DNA of 64,000 nt from an uncultured virus (IMG/VR IMGVR_UViG_3300017721_001070) (Duplodnaviria; Heunggongvirae; Uroviricota; Caudoviricetes; Kyanoviridae). The notes beneath the pieces are model-generated. The model searched no databases. It had not been told where the DNA came from and saw only the letters and a program-made list of their open reading frames with translations. This document shows, piece by piece, positions 25,851 to 34,794 of this stretch. The position numbers and the translations under genes are program-made. The stretch is taken from the IMG/VR virus record IMGVR_UViG_3300017721_001070. One strand, written 5' to 3'. The first letter of the stretch is position 1, and each line of letters opens with the position of its first letter.

Positions 25851-27313
25851 TATTGGTTTAGTGCAACTTTAATAATTTCATAGTTAAAATTTTCTTCTCG
25901 ATAAATTTTCAGTCTTTCAACAAGATGATTCAAAGTATAATTACGTTTCTTGTTAAAGGTGATATCATCAGCAATATCAAAAAGTGTAGCTTTCAGTTTC
26001 TTCTCACTCTTTCTGAGGACTCGACCAATACTTTGGAGGTTTCTAACTCTTGATTTGGACGGTGAGGCAAAAATAACATTGTGAAGATTACGAATGTTGA
26101 TGCCAGTAGAAAAAGTTCCATAAGATGCGACGATGATAGCGTTTTCTTCTTTCTCAGTTATTTTTCTAACTTCCTCTCGGTCTCCAGTCTCTGTTCCCCC
26201 ATATACAAAGAATACTTTCCTATTACTCTTCACAGAATTATTTATCAGTTCATATAAAGGTTCTCCATGAGTTTCCACTCTTGTAAATAAAACCAATGTG
26301 TTTCCATTTTGAACTACAGTTAAATTCTTAATAAAATTATTCCTTTGTGGGTTCTCACATAGATAACGAATTTCCTCCTGATAGCTATCAAAAATTCTTG
26401 GTTTATGTTGTAAGGTGATCACCTTCACATCAAGATCTGTTAAGTGATTATTCTTGATCAGTTCTTTTGTTTTGATTGTTGAATATGAAGGGCCAAATAA
26501 TCCTTCAAGAATCCATTTGTGAGTTTGACTACCGTCAAGCGTACCTGTAAATCCAAACCTATATTTTGCATCAGCAAGTTTAGTCATGATGCTGACTAGA
26601 GATTTAGATTTAAACAGATGAGCTTCATCACCAACTACAACTTCAAATCTCTCAAAGTATTTTCTTTCCAATTTGTAGATAGATTGCCAAGTAGTAATAA
26701 TAACTTGGTTCTTAGTTTCTCTTTCTCTACCACCATAAATTTTATGGCAGTAAGAACCAACGTCCCATCCATAGTCCGCAAAGTCCTTGTACATCTGTTC
26801 TACAAGAGATGTGGTTGGGACAATGATTAATGTATCCTTACCTTGCTCAACATAATACCTGACCACAGAATAAATCATCAAAGATTTACCTGATCCTGTT
26901 GGCGATACTATGAGTCTTCGATTGCACTTCAATGCATCATAGACGGCTTGAGTTTGATAATCTCTGGGTTTGTGTACAGAGATCTTTGTCATGTAATCTT
27001 TTACACCCTCATATGAAATCATCTGATTTAAATCTATCGGATGACCATAATATTTGTTAGATTCAAACTTATACTTATACCCATGATCATCACAAAATCT
27101 CAACAGTTTATCCAAGAGACCAATATAAATCTCTCCTGTTTGGATATTAAATAATCTTATTTTGCCATCCCACCATTTACTTCTATATTGGGGCATATAC
27201 TTTGCCCCCTCAACATCAAAAGTAAATTGATCTGATAGTTCGTGTTTAATATATGTTTCTGTTTTTACTCTGAGATATACTTCATTCTTCTTTGAAATAA
27301 TCAATTCAGACAT
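25850..27313 (-). CDS. uvsW: SF2 helicase UvsW
   Basis: PRDYQ, SPTGSGKS, DEAH, TGT, QSIGRVLR. Confidence 0.97.
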   Translation of the reverse strand: MSELIISKKNEVYLRVKTETYIKHELSDQFTFDVEGAKYMPQYRSKWWDGKIRLFNIQTGEIYIGLLDKLLRFCDDHGYKYKFESNKYYGHPIDLNQMISYEGVKDYMTKISVHKPRDYQTQAVYDALKCNRRLIVSPTGSGKSLMIYSVVRYYVEQGKDTLIIVPTTSLVEQMYKDFADYGWDVGSYCHKIYGGRERETKNQVIITTWQSIYKLERKYFERFEVVVGDEAHLFKSKSLVSIMTKLADAKYRFGFTGTLDGSQTHKWILEGLFGPSYSTIKTKELIKNNHLTDLDVKVITLQHKPRIFDSYQEEIRYLCENPQRNNFIKNLTVVQNGNTLVLFTRVETHGEPLYELINNSVKSNRKVFFVYGGTETGDREEVRKITEKEENAIIVASYGTFSTGINIRNLHNVIFASPSKSRVRNLQSIGRVLRKSEKKLKATLFDIADDITFNKKRNYTLNHLVERLKIYREENFNYEIIKVALNQ

Positions 27314-27339
27314 ATAATTAAGTTATCACCTAAAAATAT

Positions 27340-27522
27340 TTAGTCTTCCAAATTGAACTGATCTTCTAAAATAATTCTATAAAAATTATCTCTCATAGTT
27401 ATCAAGTTTATTTGTTCTTCTGGATCTCCACCAGACCATTTTTGGACTGCTTGTCGAAGACCTTCATGAATAAGCCTAACTCCTCTGATGTTTAATTCTA
27501 TTTGATAGTATTCGTTATCCAT
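27340..27522 (-). CDS. Small hypothetical protein
   Basis: Start re-called at MDNEY (TAATG coupling to uvsY). Confidence 0.7.
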   Translation of the reverse strand: MDNEYYQIELNIRGVRLIHEGLRQAVQKWSGGDPEEQINLITMRDNFYRIILEDQFNLED

Positions 27523-27950
27523 TACATTCCTGCTTGAAATTTCATCCAATCAATTGCATTTTTGATGGCATAATTTCTATTAGATAAAGATTTGATAATT
27601 TCTTCCAAATAACGAAGCATTGTATCATAATAACGAATCTTTAAATCGGTTTTTGATACCTTCTCATCTGCATTCATATAACGATTTAAAGTTTCTTTTT
27701 CTCTGACTTTATATGGGAAGGGTTCCTTATCGTAAATTTCTGGATCAGCTTTACCTGTGTAGTAGTTGTATCTATCTAGGTACACTCTGTCATAGGTTTC
27801 TTTTGCTCTTTCTCGTAAAAGTAAAGTAGTATTATAAACTTCATAATATTTTGCATGAAGTTGTGAAGTCTTCAGAGATTCGCTAGCGAGATCATCACGA
27901 TCAATCTCCGAATCACGGGTCCACATTTTCTGAATGTCATCAAGATTCAT
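27522..27950 (-). CDS. uvsY: Recombination mediator UvsY
   Basis: LHAKY, YYTGKA, RNYAIKNAIDWMKFQAG. Confidence 0.95.
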   Translation of the reverse strand: MNLDDIQKMWTRDSEIDRDDLASESLKTSQLHAKYYEVYNTTLLLRERAKETYDRVYLDRYNYYTGKADPEIYDKEPFPYKVREKETLNRYMNADEKVSKTDLKIRYYDTMLRYLEEIIKSLSNRNYAIKNAIDWMKFQAGM

Positions 27951-28492
27951 AAAGCCTTGCCAAGGATACTGGTCACTTCATACACAGTATACTTGAAAAC
28001 CACCCTTGCTGTAAAGTACTCTTCCTGTTGGAGTTTGGTATCAAACTCTAGAGAAGTGAGACTTACGGGGAACATATCCTGAAATGTAATCTTAAAGTTT
28101 GGTTGGAAGTTACTGTTTAGAACAATTAGTGTTCCATCTGAGAATTGTTCTCTATAGTCTTCTAGACCATCAGAATCTGTTGTAAGTTTATCAAATTGTT
28201 CTGGTGATTTTGGGAATCCTAGCCCTGTTAACCAGTTGTGAACTGCCATATAGTTTTCAAAATTTTCATCCACAAGAAATGACATTTCAAAATCTGAATA
28301 CTGGAGTTTCTCTCCAGGAACTTCTATGTCCTTCAAATATGTAGGTTGGATTGCAGTACCAAGAGAAATCTCTGGTATACTAGCAGTTTGACAGAAAAAA
28401 TCAATCTTCCTATTCTTATCAATAACGAATTCAAAACCACTAGGAGTCAATAGATTCCTGTTCTGGATTTCGTTTCTTAATATGGAAGTCAT
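27947..28492 (-). CDS. gp3: Tail completion / tube terminator gp3
   Basis: FFCQTASIPEISLG, PGEKL, FLVDENFENY, FPVSL; position after gp23. Confidence 0.9.
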   Translation of the reverse strand: MTSILRNEIQNRNLLTPSGFEFVIDKNRKIDFFCQTASIPEISLGTAIQPTYLKDIEVPGEKLQYSDFEMSFLVDENFENYMAVHNWLTGLGFPKSPEQFDKLTTDSDGLEDYREQFSDGTLIVLNSNFQPNFKITFQDMFPVSLTSLEFDTKLQQEEYFTARVVFKYTVYEVTSILGKAL

Positions 28493-28510
28493 TTTTATTT
28501 TTATTTAGAT

Positions 28511-28535
28511 AAAAAAAGACCCCTTCAAGGGGTCT
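28511..28535 (-). terminator. Intrinsic terminator, followed by the late core CTAAATA for gp3
   Basis: AGACCCCTTGAAGGGGTCT (stem AGACCCC/GGGGTCT) followed by a T-run. Confidence 0.85.
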
Positions 28536-28545
28536 AGATTCTTAT

Positions 28546-28704
28546 CTACATAAGCACTTCTCTACAGATTCGTTTACATGATGCTTGATGTGTATCGGTA
28601 CATTCAATTAGACATTCGTAGTAATCGTTGATTTTTTCTAGTTCTGTGGAATCTTCAGATTGTGTCCATTCGTATAATTGATTTCTAGAGGCGAGATTGT
28701 TCAT
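28546..28704 (-). CDS. Small Cys-rich protein (52 aa, MNNLASRNQLYEW...DYYECLIECTDTHQASCKRICREVLM)
   Basis: Translated manually; CxxxC-x7-CxxxC; has its own terminator. Confidence 0.8.
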   Translation of the reverse strand: MNNLASRNQLYEWTQSEDSTELEKINDYYECLIECTDTHQASCKRICREVLM

Positions 28705-28840
28705 AGTTTTTACTTCTGTAAATGTGACTCATAATATAACTTGAGTTTGGGCTCATTGGGTCACCTCGTAATTCTAATACTATGTATACAAAAAGTGTTC
28801 GTTTCAACATAAAAATTTATGCCTACAAATATATACCCAT

Positions 28841-28863
28841 AAAAAAAGGACCCCGAAGGGTCC
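28841..28863 (-). terminator. gp23 intrinsic terminator with UUCG tetraloop
   Basis: GGACCC-TTCG-GGGTCC-T7. Confidence 0.92.
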
Positions 28864-28886
28864 AAGTAGTTGTGTATCCTGATGGA

Positions 28887-30305
28887 TCACATAAGGTTTT
28901 TGACGGAAACGCGACGGTAGTAGCGGTTGGTGCCAGACTTGATTGCACCAAGTGCGACATCAGTACCTTCAGCGAAGGGATTAGCGACCATGCCGTAGCG
29001 AGTCTTAAATCCGATCTTGGGCTGGAAGGTGTTCTCGCCAACTGCACGAACCATCTGAAGAGGAACGTATGGGCAGTAGAAGAGTCCTGCGTCATAAGGT
29101 GAAGAACCCTTATAACCAACAACGTAGTACTGAAGTGCAGCGTTGTTAGAGGCGAATGGGTCGATGAATACGCGATACTTACCGTTAATGGTACCAGCAA
29201 AGGTGTTGCCAGTGTCATCAACGTTGAGGTTAGCGTTAAGAGCAGGGGTGTAATCAAGTACACCAGCCATGGTTAGAGCAGAAGCAACATCAGCAGAAGT
29301 TAGGATGATGTTACCCTTTCCTCTACGAGTTCTTTGTGCGATCTGGTTGGCATCTCTTTCGATTTGGAAGAGGAGACCCTTGAACTTCTCAACACTCCAG
29401 CGACCGTTGGAGTCAACGTCTAGGTCAAACTGACCAGCCTGAGCGGTATTGAGTTGAGCACCAGCCTCAGCAGACTTATAGATGGTTCTGATGACTTCGC
29501 GGTTGATCTCGGAAAGAATCTCAGAAGAGAGAATGTTTGCAAGTTCAGCCTCGGCATTCAAACCATGAATTGCCTTAAGGTCTTGTGCAAGTTCCAAGGA
29601 GTACTCAGCCTTGAGTGCTCTGGATCTAGCGGTTACGGTGACCTTCTCGATTGAGAAAGCCATTTCGTTGAAGTCGTTTCCGCTTTCGCCTAGAGTCTCA
29701 GACTCGGTTACAGGGAAACCTTGTCCAACGCTATAGTCTCCAGGACCAGCGTTAGGATCAAGTACACCAGGGTTAGAACCACGCTGTAGGGTGGTACCGA
29801 AACCAACAGAACCAGCACTATCAGCGCCAGCAGTGTAGTCACCCTGACTGGAATCATAACCTTCGCGCTGGGCAGAGAATGCAGAATCGGGCTCATTGAA
29901 GAATGCCTCGGTTCCACCCATGTTCTCATAACGTGAGCGCATGGCGAAGATTAGACCAGTAGGTCCGTTCATGGGCTGCACACCAGCAAGGTCATAAGCG
30001 ACCAAGTTGGGCATGGAGCGACGGATTAGACTGATTAGAACGGGGTCGAAACCAGCAGTAGGAGTGCCGCTATCAGAAGCAGCAGTACCACTGAATCCGC
30101 CACCGCCACCAGTAGACATAGAAGTGGTGGGTGCTTCCTGTAGGTCGAAGCCGCCTTCAAAGGCACGCTGTTCGCCTAGGAAACGCTCTTGGTTCTCTAG
30201 AAGTTGAGCGGTTACTGCACGTCTGTGAGTATCCTTGATAGTGTCAACACCTTCATAGTCTAGAAGAGGTGCCCACTTCTCTAGGAGTTGGGGATTGTTG
30301 TACAT
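28887..30305 (-). CDS. gp23: Major capsid protein gp23
   Basis: EKWAPLL, GVQPMNGPTGLIFAMR, SRALKAEYSLELAQDLKAIHG, FYCPYVPL, FKTRYG. Confidence 0.99.
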   Translation of the reverse strand: MYNNPQLLEKWAPLLDYEGVDTIKDTHRRAVTAQLLENQERFLGEQRAFEGGFDLQEAPTTSMSTGGGGGFSGTAASDSGTPTAGFDPVLISLIRRSMPNLVAYDLAGVQPMNGPTGLIFAMRSRYENMGGTEAFFNEPDSAFSAQREGYDSSQGDYTAGADSAGSVGFGTTLQRGSNPGVLDPNAGPGDYSVGQGFPVTESETLGESGNDFNEMAFSIEKVTVTARSRALKAEYSLELAQDLKAIHGLNAEAELANILSSEILSEINREVIRTIYKSAEAGAQLNTAQAGQFDLDVDSNGRWSVEKFKGLLFQIERDANQIAQRTRRGKGNIILTSADVASALTMAGVLDYTPALNANLNVDDTGNTFAGTINGKYRVFIDPFASNNAALQYYVVGYKGSSPYDAGLFYCPYVPLQMVRAVGENTFQPKIGFKTRYGMVANPFAEGTDVALGAIKSGTNRYYRRVSVKNLM

Positions 30306-30352
30306 TTTTTTTCTTTGAGTTTAAGGTTTAATAAAAGATAATAGTGTTAACT

Positions 30353-31336
30353 TCACTTAATTCTAGAAAGTGTTTCTAGATAACGAGACATTGAATTGGT
30401 TACGTCGCGGCCGCTATCAACACCCTCAGAAAGAGTTTCAGAAGTCTCAGACTTCATCTCAGCGGGGAAATAGGACTCCCTTAGAGTCGTTAACTTTTCA
30501 CGGTAAGATTCTTCACCCTCAAACTCAACACCTTCTACTAGAGAAGCGAGCTTATCTTTCTGAGTAAGTGCTAGACCTTCAGAAACTTGGCCGAAGATAC
30601 CTTCAGCAGTGGTTTCTCCAAGTCTGCGATTCAGATTGATATTTCTTTCGATTTGCTCGTTGAGCTTGACCTCCATGTCATCAAGTTTATTTACCATATT
30701 TTCTACAACATCATACTTATCTTCAGGGATAGAAACATAATGATTTTCAAAAAGACCCTTCATACCTTGTAGGAAGGATTCTGTCATTTCAGTTTTCAGA
30801 CCATGTTCGATCTGAAGTGCGTTTTCTTCGATCCATTCTTGAGCAACGTACTCAAGATATGCATCAACACGCTCAGTAAGTGCAGACTTAAGTTCTTCTA
30901 GTTCTTCAACTAGAGATGCTTGTGCCTGCTCTTCGATCTGTGCTTTAGCTTCTGTAACTCTTGCGGTTACAGCAGCTTCAAAAACAGTCTTTGCTTTTTC
31001 TTGGAACTCTTCGGAGAGTTCTTCTCCAGCAAACAAAGCAGCAACATCTTCTTCGACATTGATTTCTGGTAGTTGATCTTCAGTAACAGGTGTTTCTGCT
31101 TCTGCAACCACTGGTTCTTCAACCTCAGTTTCTTCAGCTTTCGCCTTAGGTTGAGGTGCTTTTGCCATAATTGCTGCTGGATCTTTTAGTTTTGCGGAAT
31201 CGTCAGTTGAGCGATAGTTCTCGGGGGTAGGACCACCAAGATCATCTACTTTACCAGCAAGGGATGTGTCCATACCCTGACTAGCTGCAGCGCCCTTTTT
31301 CACGACGTTATCCATTTCTTGTAAATCTGAGGACAT
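30353..31336 (-). CDS. gp22: Prohead core scaffold protein gp22
   Basis: LSEEFQEKAKTVFEAAV, VDAYLEYV, KLTTLRESYF. Confidence 0.95.
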   Translation of the reverse strand: MSSDLQEMDNVVKKGAAASQGMDTSLAGKVDDLGGPTPENYRSTDDSAKLKDPAAIMAKAPQPKAKAEETEVEEPVVAEAETPVTEDQLPEINVEEDVAALFAGEELSEEFQEKAKTVFEAAVTARVTEAKAQIEEQAQASLVEELEELKSALTERVDAYLEYVAQEWIEENALQIEHGLKTEMTESFLQGMKGLFENHYVSIPEDKYDVVENMVNKLDDMEVKLNEQIERNINLNRRLGETTAEGIFGQVSEGLALTQKDKLASLVEGVEFEGEESYREKLTTLRESYFPAEMKSETSETLSEGVDSGRDVTNSMSRYLETLSRIK

Positions 31337-31380
31337 TTTTTGAACTCTCCGAATAAGATATTAAGTGGAAAATCTATACT

Positions 31381-31388
31381 TATTTATA
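31381..31388 (-). promoter_or_regulatory. Late promoter TATAAATA (gp22-gp23)
   Basis: Exact consensus. Confidence 0.85.
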
Positions 31389-31390
31389 AA

Positions 31391-32041
31391 TTATAGATTT
31401 GATAGGAAGTTTGAGAATAAGTTTAACTTATTTTCTTCTAGTTTTTTCTGATCAACCAGAGTATTAATTTGCTTATATGTTTTTTCTGCAAATCTTTCGC
31501 GGAGAATTCCTCCATCCCAGACCCAATCTTTACCTTCCATAATACCATCCACAAAAGCATCAGGTGCTGAAGGATCGGCAACAATATCGGCAGCAGTAGC
31601 TAGATTGAAATCATCATTTACCATGTTGTAACCCTCTCTTGTAGGAGATAAGGTTCCGACTCCACGAGAAGAAACTCCAAGTTTGACACCATCGTTTAGA
31701 AGAGATTCGGCAATTTTTCCCATTGGGGTGGAAAGGATTTTTGCCTTTCCGATAAAATTATCACCTTCTCTATGAAGTGATACGATTTTATGAGAAACTC
31801 TATCTAGGTTAATGGAAGGTCCATCAGGGTGTCCCAACTCACCTAGAGCACGACCTTTAGCAACAAAATTTTCATTATAACGCTTCACTTCTCTCTCAAG
31901 AAGATTGCCGCTATAATATCTTCTGTTTCTATTGGGCATATTACTCTGAAGGAAAACTCCTTCAATATAGAGATGCTTTTTACCGTTGCGTTGCTCAACG
32001 ATAATCTCTACTTGTTCGATTTCTTCTCTAATCAGTTTCAT
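31391..32041 (-). CDS. gp21: Prohead protease gp21
   Basis: ALGELGHP, GVSSRGVG, DIVADPSAPDA. Confidence 0.97.
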   Translation of the reverse strand: MKLIREEIEQVEIIVEQRNGKKHLYIEGVFLQSNMPNRNRRYYSGNLLEREVKRYNENFVAKGRALGELGHPDGPSINLDRVSHKIVSLHREGDNFIGKAKILSTPMGKIAESLLNDGVKLGVSSRGVGTLSPTREGYNMVNDDFNLATAADIVADPSAPDAFVDGIMEGKDWVWDGGILRERFAEKTYKQINTLVDQKKLEENKLNLFSNFLSNL

Positions 32042-32046
32042 TTTTT

Positions 32047-32313
32047 TTACGCGGTAAATCCTACTTTGGTTACTTTTACATCAGCAGATCCAGCTAAGAT
32101 CATATCTTTATGCTTTTTCTCAACATATTCTACAGTTCCAGTTGGCATAGTCATAGAACCAATGCCTTGATAATTTTCATCAAGAATGGTAATTAACTGG
32201 GCACCTGCATTACTGTTATATAAACGTACCACGGTAGCAGATTCAATACTAGAAGCAGCTCCAACACTAGTGGGGCAATTTTCCTGTGGTCCAAGGACAA
32301 GTGATCTTGCCAT
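32047..32313 (-). CDS. Small beta-rich virion-associated hypothetical protein
   Basis: 88-aa ORF in the head operon. Confidence 0.8.
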   Translation of the reverse strand: MARSLVLGPQENCPTSVGAASSIESATVVRLYNSNAGAQLITILDENYQGIGSMTMPTGTVEYVEKKHKDMILAGSADVKVTKVGFTA

Positions 32314-32489
32314 TATTCTTCTCCAGAATCTTCAATGGGTGCAGTTTCATTACCAAATAGTGATGCTGCAGCCACTGGACGAAGGGAGTCAATTTTTTCT
32401 GCAGATTTGCCGTAAAGAGCATCTTTGATAGCATCACTTACTTGTGAACTACCAGAGTCATTAAAAATCAAGTCAATAATATCTTCCAT
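32313..32489 (-). CDS. Small acidic protein, gp67-like prohead core position (58 aa, MEDIIDLIFNDSGSSQVSDAIKDALYGKSAEKID...)
   Basis: Translated manually; follows TAAATA at 32518-32523; TAATG coupling. Confidence 0.75.
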   Translation of the reverse strand: MEDIIDLIFNDSGSSQVSDAIKDALYGKSAEKIDSLRPVAAASLFGNETAPIEDSGEE

Positions 32490-32528
32490 GTTAAATTGTA
32501 AACGACTAACTAGAAACTATTTATTACT

Positions 32529-34166
32529 TTACTTTTCTGGTGCTTCTGTGGCAGACCCATCAATTTCTGGATCTTGTATAGCAGCTGATGCTATATTTTT
32601 TGGAGAATCTAATGGAATTCCAGATGCTGGATCAATTGGTGCATTTGGATCTGGAAGAATGCCTTTACTAATTTCATCGTCAATTTGACTATCAATATCA
32701 ATAATTTCTTCATCGGTTTGACGAAGTACCTTTCTACGTAAATATTCTACAGAATAATATTTGCCAAGATAAGGTTCTGCTTGAGCGCATATAGCAAGTC
32801 TGCCCTCCAACAATTCTTTTTCTTTTAGCTCTGCAAAATGATTATCGTAGATATAGTCAAACTGAATATGCTCTGCAAGTTTTGTCCAGTCTTCTGGTGT
32901 GCAAATATTTTTTAGAAGACATTGAGTTTTCAACATGTCAATAAACATGTTACCAAAACGCTTTCTTAAACGACCAACAAACTTTGAAAACTTAAGTTCA
33001 TCTCTAAGAATTTCACTGGAGCGACCTAGATTGAAACCACCTTCAGCAGCAATTCTAGACTCGGGAACAGATAATGATCTGTATAGTTTTTTCTGAAAAT
33101 ATGCAACATCACTTAGTTCTCCAAGGTTTTGTCCACCAGGAAGTGTTGTAATTTCTGTACCGCGGCCGCCTTCACGTCTAGGAAGCCAGAAATCTTCAAG
33201 CATACTCATATGCTTACGATCGTCTCTAACTTCGCCAGTAGATGCATCATAAACAAGTTTATTGCGATAGCGATTCATCACATCGCGAAGATATTGTTCC
33301 GCTTTTATTTTAGGAAGATTGCCAACATCAATATAAAAAATACGACGCTCAGGAGCTCTTGATAATCTATAGATTACGAGGGAATCTTCAATCATTCTAA
33401 GTTGATTGAGAGACTTAATTGCTTTGTGTAGATATGATAGAACTACACCTTTATTTCTATCTACAAGACCAGAAGTACAATATGTAATAGAATCTTTTGA
33501 AAACTTAACTCCTTTAGATCCAGAATATTTGTGACTTCCACCACCAGCATAAGTTGGTTTGGGAATATACATAAAATATTCTTCAATCTCAGGGAAGACT
33601 GCTCTCTCTTGTGCCCTACTGTTTAATTCTAGAACCTGAGCTGCTTTGTCTTTCTTTTTTTCTTCCCTGACAAAACGCATTTTGAGGGGATCAATATATC
33701 TTAGTTCCTTAATCCCCTCATGAGGATTTTTAACGTCAATTACTTTATGATAATAAAGTCTTCCATCAACATACCAATTTCTAAAAATTTCATGTGATTT
33801 TGCATCAAAGTTTAAAAGATCTTTGATGTTTTTAAATTCTTCCCTAATCCTCGTTTTAATGCCAGGACTAGCTGGCAAATTATCAAGATTGATAGTAACG
33901 GGGGTATCATTTAAATCACTAACAATTGCTTCATTTACAACATCTTCAATAGCACCATCCGCCTCTGGATGGAGTGCCATTTCACGATATCTTTTTACTA
34001 ATTCAAATTCTGATTTATATACACCTTCTAGATCTAAATATTGCCCATAAAAATTACTGGCAATATAATGATCAACCCCGTCCTCATTATTTTGAGGAAC
34101 GGGGGATACTATACCTTTAGATTTTTTCTCGTTATCATCAATAGAGAATCCAAAAAGTCTCGCCAT
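32529..34166 (-). CDS. gp20: Portal protein gp20
   Basis: WYVDGR, YRLSRAPERRIFYIDVGN, EDFWLPRREGGRGTEI. Confidence 0.99.
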   Translation of the reverse strand: MARLFGFSIDDNEKKSKGIVSPVPQNNEDGVDHYIASNFYGQYLDLEGVYKSEFELVKRYREMALHPEADGAIEDVVNEAIVSDLNDTPVTINLDNLPASPGIKTRIREEFKNIKDLLNFDAKSHEIFRNWYVDGRLYYHKVIDVKNPHEGIKELRYIDPLKMRFVREEKKKDKAAQVLELNSRAQERAVFPEIEEYFMYIPKPTYAGGGSHKYSGSKGVKFSKDSITYCTSGLVDRNKGVVLSYLHKAIKSLNQLRMIEDSLVIYRLSRAPERRIFYIDVGNLPKIKAEQYLRDVMNRYRNKLVYDASTGEVRDDRKHMSMLEDFWLPRREGGRGTEITTLPGGQNLGELSDVAYFQKKLYRSLSVPESRIAAEGGFNLGRSSEILRDELKFSKFVGRLRKRFGNMFIDMLKTQCLLKNICTPEDWTKLAEHIQFDYIYDNHFAELKEKELLEGRLAICAQAEPYLGKYYSVEYLRRKVLRQTDEEIIDIDSQIDDEISKGILPDPNAPIDPASGIPLDSPKNIASAAIQDPEIDGSATEAPEK

Positions 34167-34199
34167 GTTATAAAGAAACTACTGTAGTAACCTTATTTA

Positions 34200-34775
34200 T
34201 CAAACAACGTCACCACCATTTCCTTGAGCTTCCCAATATTGAACTTGTAGTTCAACAGTAAACTCTTCCAAAGTATCGGAAGAATCGTAAGAAAGATCAA
34301 TCTGAGAAATGTTAGTTGGGAAAACATCGAAGAAACGATACTTTCTTAGAACTTCACCTTCTCTATTCAATTGATAGACATATGCCTCAGCCTGATAGTC
34401 AGCAGGATTAGTTGCACCAGTTGCATTTGCAACATTGTTCATACTATTCATCCACTGCTCAAAGGCACCTCTTAGTGCAAAGTCGGTGTCATTTATAATT
34501 GTGATTGTCCAGGTGTCAAACGTTCTGTCACCAGCAATCTTTAAAAGACGACCACGGAAAGCAATATCAATTGGTGCAATGTTTGATGCTGGCAGCGCAG
34601 CTGCCTTTACCATAAATCTTGATTTTTCTAGAGTCGTAGAAGACGCTGGTGATGAAGTTGGGAATGCAAGGACGACTTCAAATAGATTAGGTCTTGCGCC
34701 ACCTCCCGCAAGTTTATTTTTGAAGTCTGATATAGTCCTTAAAGCGGGAGGATTTACTTGATTTGTTGATGCCAT
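34200..34775 (-). CDS. gp19: Tail tube protein gp19
   Basis: GGARPNLFEV, GDRTFDTWTITIINDTDF, FPTNIS. Confidence 0.97.
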   Translation of the reverse strand: MASTNQVNPPALRTISDFKNKLAGGGARPNLFEVVLAFPTSSPASSTTLEKSRFMVKAAALPASNIAPIDIAFRGRLLKIAGDRTFDTWTITIINDTDFALRGAFEQWMNSMNNVANATGATNPADYQAEAYVYQLNREGEVLRKYRFFDVFPTNISQIDLSYDSSDTLEEFTVELQVQYWEAQGNGGDVV

Positions 34776-34794
34776 TTTGGGTTAGACTCCTAAA

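Noticed and set aside
28685..28756. Programmed frameshift joining the leader ORF to the Cys-rich ORF
   Set aside because: It would need a +1 shift, and T AAA AAC is not a canonical slippery site
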